Positions 60,094 through 64,000 of a DNA stretch of 64,000 nt are shown here, one piece after another. The DNA is from an uncultured bacterium. Lineage in GTDB: Bacteria; Zhuqueibacterota; QNDG01; DTFT01. Made by a program: the position numbers and the translations under genes. The stretch covers positions 64,001-128,000 of the forward strand of contig CAVTNR010000027.1 in assembly GCA_963736115.1 (NCBI GenBank). The letters are read 5' to 3'. The stretch's first letter is position 1. Every line of letters starts with the position of its first letter. The notes beneath the pieces were generated by a model. It had not been told where the DNA came from, ran no database searches, and saw nothing but the letters and a program-made list of their open reading frames with translations.

Positions 60094-61785
60094 ATGAGCC
60101 AAAAATCCTATGTCATCGGCGTGGATTACGGCACCGATTCGGTCCGGTCCGTTCTGGTGGACGGCCGGTCCGGAAAGACCATCGCCTCCTCCGTATTCGA
60201 GTATCCCCGGTGGAAAAAAGGACTCTTCTGCGCTCCGAACCGCAACCTTTTCCGACAGCATCCCCTTGACTATGTGGAAGGGCTGGAACATACCATCCGC
60301 GCGGTTCTCGCCAAAATCCCGAAAAGCGGCCGCGCCGATGTCGTCGGCATTTCCGTGGACACAACGGGTTCCACGCCCGTGGCTGTCGATCAGAACGGAA
60401 CACCGCTCAGTCTGACGCCCGCGTTTTCGAAGAACCCGAACGCGATGTTCGTTCTCTGGAAAGATCACACCGCAATCGAAGAGGCGGATGAGATCAACCA
60501 CGTCGCCCGTTCCTGGGGCGGGACTGATTATACGCAATACGAGGGCGGTGTGTACTCCTCGGAATGGTTCTGGTCCAAAATCCTTCACGTTTCCCGGGAG
60601 GATAAGGCCGTGTCCGAAGCCGCCTGGTCCTGGGTGGAACACTGCGACTGGATCCCAGCGCTCCTGACCGGGCATACGGATCCCCGGTCCCTCAAGCGGA
60701 GCCGGTGCGCCGCGGGCCACAAGGCCATGTGGCATGCCTCCTGGAACGGCCTCCCGCCTGCCGCTTTCCTTTCAAAGCTGGATCCCGGATTCGGCCCTCT
60801 CCGGGAACGGCTGTATGAAAAAACATGCACCGCCGACATTCCGGCCGGCACCCTCTCCAGGGAATGGGCCAGACGATTGGGACTCCCGGAAACCGTCACG
60901 GTCGGAACCGGCTCCTTCGACGCGCACATGGGCGCCGTCGGCGCGGGCATCGAGCCCTATCACCTGGTCAAAATCATGGGCACCTCGACCTGCGACATGC
61001 TGATCGCACCGCTGGAAGCATTCGGGGACAAACTGGTGCGGGGCATCTGCGGCCAGGTGGACGGTTCCATCATTCCGGGCATGCTGGGCATGGAGGCGGG
61101 TCAGTCTTCGTTCGGAGACGTGTACGCGTGGTTCCGTGATCTGCTGGCCTGGCCCCTCTCCGCGGTTCTCATGAAGACGAAGAGCGTTTCGACCGCTTCC
61201 GCGGCACGGCTGGCTTCGGATACCATCGAAGCGATGATTCCGGCTCTGTCCAGAGCCGCGGCCAAACTCCCCCCGGATCCCGCCGGACCGGTGGCCCTCG
61301 ACTGGCTGAACGGCCGCCGCACGCCGGACGCCGACCAGCGCCTGAAGGCCGCGGTCGCCGGTCTCAGCCTCGGCACGGACGCGCCGCGGATATTCCGTTC
61401 CCTGGTTGAGGCCACGGCATTCGGCGCACGGGCGATCAACGACCGGTTCCTTTCCGAAGGCGTCCCGATCCGCGGCGTTATCGCGATCGGCGGCGTTTCG
61501 AAAAAATCTCCCTTTGTGATGCAGACCGTTACCGACATTCTGGGCATGGACATCCGGGTTGCCCGATCGGAACAGGCCTGCGCTCTGGGGGCCGCGATGT
61601 GCGCGGCCGCGGCCGCGGGTCTGTATCCCTCGCTGCTCGACGCGCAGACCGCCATGTCCAACGGTTTCGAAACCGTTTACCGGCCGGACCGCTCCAAAGC
61701 CCCGGTTTACGACGCGCTGTACCGCCGGTACAGGGATTTCGGGGCGTTTATGGAATCTCGCATACGCGGCGGAGAGAACGGTTGA
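60094..61785 (+). CDS. araB: L-ribulokinase
   Basis: IGVDYGTDSVR, FRQHPLDY, LWKDHTA, YSSEWFWSK, CAAGHKAMW, NGRRTP. Confidence 0.95.
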   Translation: MSQKSYVIGVDYGTDSVRSVLVDGRSGKTIASSVFEYPRWKKGLFCAPNRNLFRQHPLDYVEGLEHTIRAVLAKIPKSGRADVVGISVDTTGSTPVAVDQNGTPLSLTPAFSKNPNAMFVLWKDHTAIEEADEINHVARSWGGTDYTQYEGGVYSSEWFWSKILHVSREDKAVSEAAWSWVEHCDWIPALLTGHTDPRSLKRSRCAAGHKAMWHASWNGLPPAAFLSKLDPGFGPLRERLYEKTCTADIPAGTLSREWARRLGLPETVTVGTGSFDAHMGAVGAGIEPYHLVKIMGTSTCDMLIAPLEAFGDKLVRGICGQVDGSIIPGMLGMEAGQSSFGDVYAWFRDLLAWPLSAVLMKTKSVSTASAARLASDTIEAMIPALSRAAAKLPPDPAGPVALDWLNGRRTPDADQRLKAAVAGLSLGTDAPRIFRSLVEATAFGARAINDRFLSEGVPIRGVIAIGGVSKKSPFVMQTVTDILGMDIRVARSEQACALGAAMCAAAAAGLYPSLLDAQTAMSNGFETVYRPDRSKAPVYDALYRRYRDFGAFMESRIRGGENG

Positions 61786-62486
61786 TGCCCGGCTCTTACA
61801 TTGAACTCAGGCGGCTCGCGTACGAGGCCAACCGGGCGTTGCCCGTATCCGGCCTCGTCAAATACGCATTCGGAAACGCCAGCGCGATGGACCGCGACAG
61901 AGGCGTTTTCGCCATCAAGCCCAGCGGCGTGCCGTATGCGGCGCTCCGGCCCGCGGACATGACCATCGTTGATCTGGACGGCCGCGTCGTCGACGGCCGT
62001 CTCTCCCCTTCATCGGACACACGCACCCACGCGGTTCTTTACCGGTCCTTTTCCACGATCGGCGGCATCGTGCACACGCATTCCACCTATGCCACGGCCT
62101 GGGCCCAGGCCGGCCGCTCCATCCCCGTGCTGGGAACCACACACGCCGATCACCTCGACCGTGACGTTCCGTGCACACGGCCGATGAGCTCGAAAGCGAT
62201 ACGCGGGGATTACGAGCGTGAGACAGGCAATGTCATTGTGAAAACGTTCCGTTCGATATCCCCCGAAGAGGTGCCGATGGTGCTCGTTTTCGGTCACGGC
62301 CCCTTCACCTGGGGCGCCACCGCCGAAAAGGCCCTGTATCACGCCGTGATCCTCGAGGAATTGTCGAAAATGGCCTTCCTGACGCTGGGCATCAACCCGC
62401 GTGCGCCTCGCCTGAACCGGACGCTCGTGGATAGGCATTTCAACCGGAAACACGGCAAAAACGCCACATACGGACAGAAACCATAA
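61785..62486 (+). CDS. araD: L-ribulose-5-phosphate 4-epimerase
   Basis: ATG overlaps the araB stop (TGATG); GNAS, IKPSGV, PSSDTRTH, HTHS, GTTHAD, HGPFTWG, RKHG..YGQ. Confidence 0.95.
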   Translation: MPGSYIELRRLAYEANRALPVSGLVKYAFGNASAMDRDRGVFAIKPSGVPYAALRPADMTIVDLDGRVVDGRLSPSSDTRTHAVLYRSFSTIGGIVHTHSTYATAWAQAGRSIPVLGTTHADHLDRDVPCTRPMSSKAIRGDYERETGNVIVKTFRSISPEEVPMVLVFGHGPFTWGATAEKALYHAVILEELSKMAFLTLGINPRAPRLNRTLVDRHFNRKHGKNATYGQKP

Positions 62487-62572
62487 CCGCCTGAAGACGG
62501 ACGCGATGCGGGAGCGGGTCTGAACTCCCGCCCGTGACGCCGGACCGTCCGAAGGAACAAGGAGCGAATCGG

Positions 62573-64000
62573 ATGAACAATATACCGGATGTCAAACTCG
62601 GGATCGCGGCGGTCAGCCGGGACTGCTTTCCCATCCAGCTCTCCCAGAAACGCAGGGACGCGGTGCTGGAGGCCTGCCGCAAACTGAACCTGACCGTCCA
62701 GGCGGTCGAGCCGGTCATCGAGAATGAAACGGACGCGATGAAGGCGCTCGAGGACGCCCGGAAGAAGGGCATCAACGCGCTGGTCGTTTATCTCGGAAAT
62801 TTCGGCCCGGAGGGTCCTGAAACCATTCTGGCCCAGCGTTTCGGAGGACCGGTCATGGTGGCCGGCGCGGCTGAAGAAAGCGGAAACGATCTGGTCAACG
62901 GCCGGGGCGACGCCTATTGCGGCATGCTCAATGCCTCCTACAACATCGGGCTGAGAAAACTGCGTCCCTACATTCCCGAATACCCGGTCGGCGTTCCGGC
63001 CGAAATCGCGGAGATGATGCAGGGATTCGTTCCCGTGGCCCGTATCCTGCTCGGGCTGAAGGGGCTGAAAATTTTCTCCTTCGGTCCGCGACCGCAGGAT
63101 TTTCTCGCCTGCAACGCGCCCATCAAAGCCCTGTACGATCTCGGCGTCGAGATCATGGAAAACAGCGAACTGGACCTGTACGACGTGTTCCTCGGCGCCA
63201 AGGGCCGGCCTGAAATCGCCTCGATCGCGGCCGACATGGCCAAGGAGCTCGGCGCCGGAAACAAACATCCCTCTCTCCTTGAAAAACTCGCGCAGTACGA
63301 GGCCGGCCTGACGGATTTCATGGCCAAGAACCTCGGCGCCTCGACGTACGGCATATTCGCCAACAAGTGCTGGCCCTCTTTCGAGAAATATTTCGGATTC
63401 GTCCCCTGCTATGTCAATTCCCGCCTGGCGTCGAGAGGCATTCCGGTCTCCTGCGAGGTGGACATATACGGCACGCTGAGCGAATACATGGCCGCCTGCG
63501 CCACCAGACTGCCCGTGACCCTGCTCGACATCAACAACACGGTGCCGTATGACATGATCGAGTCCGAGAAAGCCAAAACCGCGAGCCGGAAGCCGAACGA
63601 CCTGTTCATGGGGTTCCACTGCGGCAATACACCGTCCGGCTGTCTTGTCAAGCACGAGATGAAATACCAGCTCATCATGCACCGGCTGATGGAGGCTGGA
63701 AAGGAACCGGACATCACGCGCGGCACGCTCGAAGGACGCTTCAAGCCGGGCCCGGTGACCGTTTTCCGCCTCCAGTCGACAGCGGACACGGTTCTGCGGG
63801 CGTACATGGCACAGGGCGAAGTCCTCGACATCGAGCCCAAATCCTTCGGGGGCATCGGGGTCATCGCCATACCCGAGATGGGGCGCTTTTACCGCCACGT
63901 ACTCATTGAAAAACGTTTTCCGCATCACACGGCCATGGCCTTCGCGCACACGGGACGGGCTCTATTCGACGCCTGCCGGATGCTCGGTGTGGAGGACATC
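62573..64000 (+). CDS. L-fucose/L-arabinose isomerase-like protein (runs off window)
   Basis: Hand translation MNNIPDVKLGIAAVSRDCFP...YLGNFGPEGPE...GRGDAYCGMLNASYN...CEVDIYG...GFHCGN; SD AAGGAG. Confidence 0.85.
   Translation, partial: MNNIPDVKLGIAAVSRDCFPIQLSQKRRDAVLEACRKLNLTVQAVEPVIENETDAMKALEDARKKGINALVVYLGNFGPEGPETILAQRFGGPVMVAGAAEESGNDLVNGRGDAYCGMLNASYNIGLRKLRPYIPEYPVGVPAEIAEMMQGFVPVARILLGLKGLKIFSFGPRPQDFLACNAPIKALYDLGVEIMENSELDLYDVFLGAKGRPEIASIAADMAKELGAGNKHPSLLEKLAQYEAGLTDFMAKNLGASTYGIFANKCWPSFEKYFGFVPCYVNSRLASRGIPVSCEVDIYGTLSEYMAACATRLPVTLLDINNTVPYDMIESEKAKTASRKPNDLFMGFHCGNTPSGCLVKHEMKYQLIMHRLMEAGKEPDITRGTLEGRFKPGPVTVFRLQSTADTVLRAYMAQGEVLDIEPKSFGGIGVIAIPEMGRFYRHVLIEKRFPHHTAMAFAHTGRALFDACRMLGVEDI

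Noticed and set aside
62339-63949. 536-aa minus-strand ORF
   Set aside because: Antisense to the isomerase-like gene, which the track omitted because it runs off the window.

Overview
The window comes from a GC-rich bacterial chromosome. Gene content (PorV-family protein, T9SS-type C-terminal domain, TonB receptor without SusD) suggests a non-Bacteroidota FCB lineage such as KSB1 or Calditrichota; this is inference. Left to right: (1) the housekeeping block ffh-rpsP-khpA-rimM-trmD-rplS-uvrC; (2) a LacI-controlled sugar locus with a TonB receptor, a 1191-aa CTD protein, PorV, GH95, a PPIase-like lipoprotein, a GDP-mannose 3,5-epimerase-like SDR, a nucleotidyltransferase/GHMP-kinase fusion and an adjacent mutarotase, which could encode a Leloir-like L-galactose route; (3) an orphan PqqD/ABC exporter/nucleotidyltransferase RiPP-type triad and a cold-shock gene; (4) a ~31 kb, more AT-rich, all-minus-strand stress/envelope island with a NarL regulator, KaiC without KaiB, two baeRF-type genes, a DUF3494 ice-binding lipoprotein, three OmpA proteins, TamA/TamB-like genes, many small membrane stress proteins and GT4-GH130. 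Four of its promoters share a tandem palindrome abutting a -35 box, and one gene carries an in-frame 111-bp IS200/IS605-type miniature element; (5) MerR plus a B12-dependent radical SAM enzyme with a LiuR-like operator; (6) araB-araD followed by a fucose-isomerase-like gene. Several frameshifts (rimM, tamB, GT4/GH130) look like single-base sequencing errors. All family calls come from motif recognition by eye, not from database searches.
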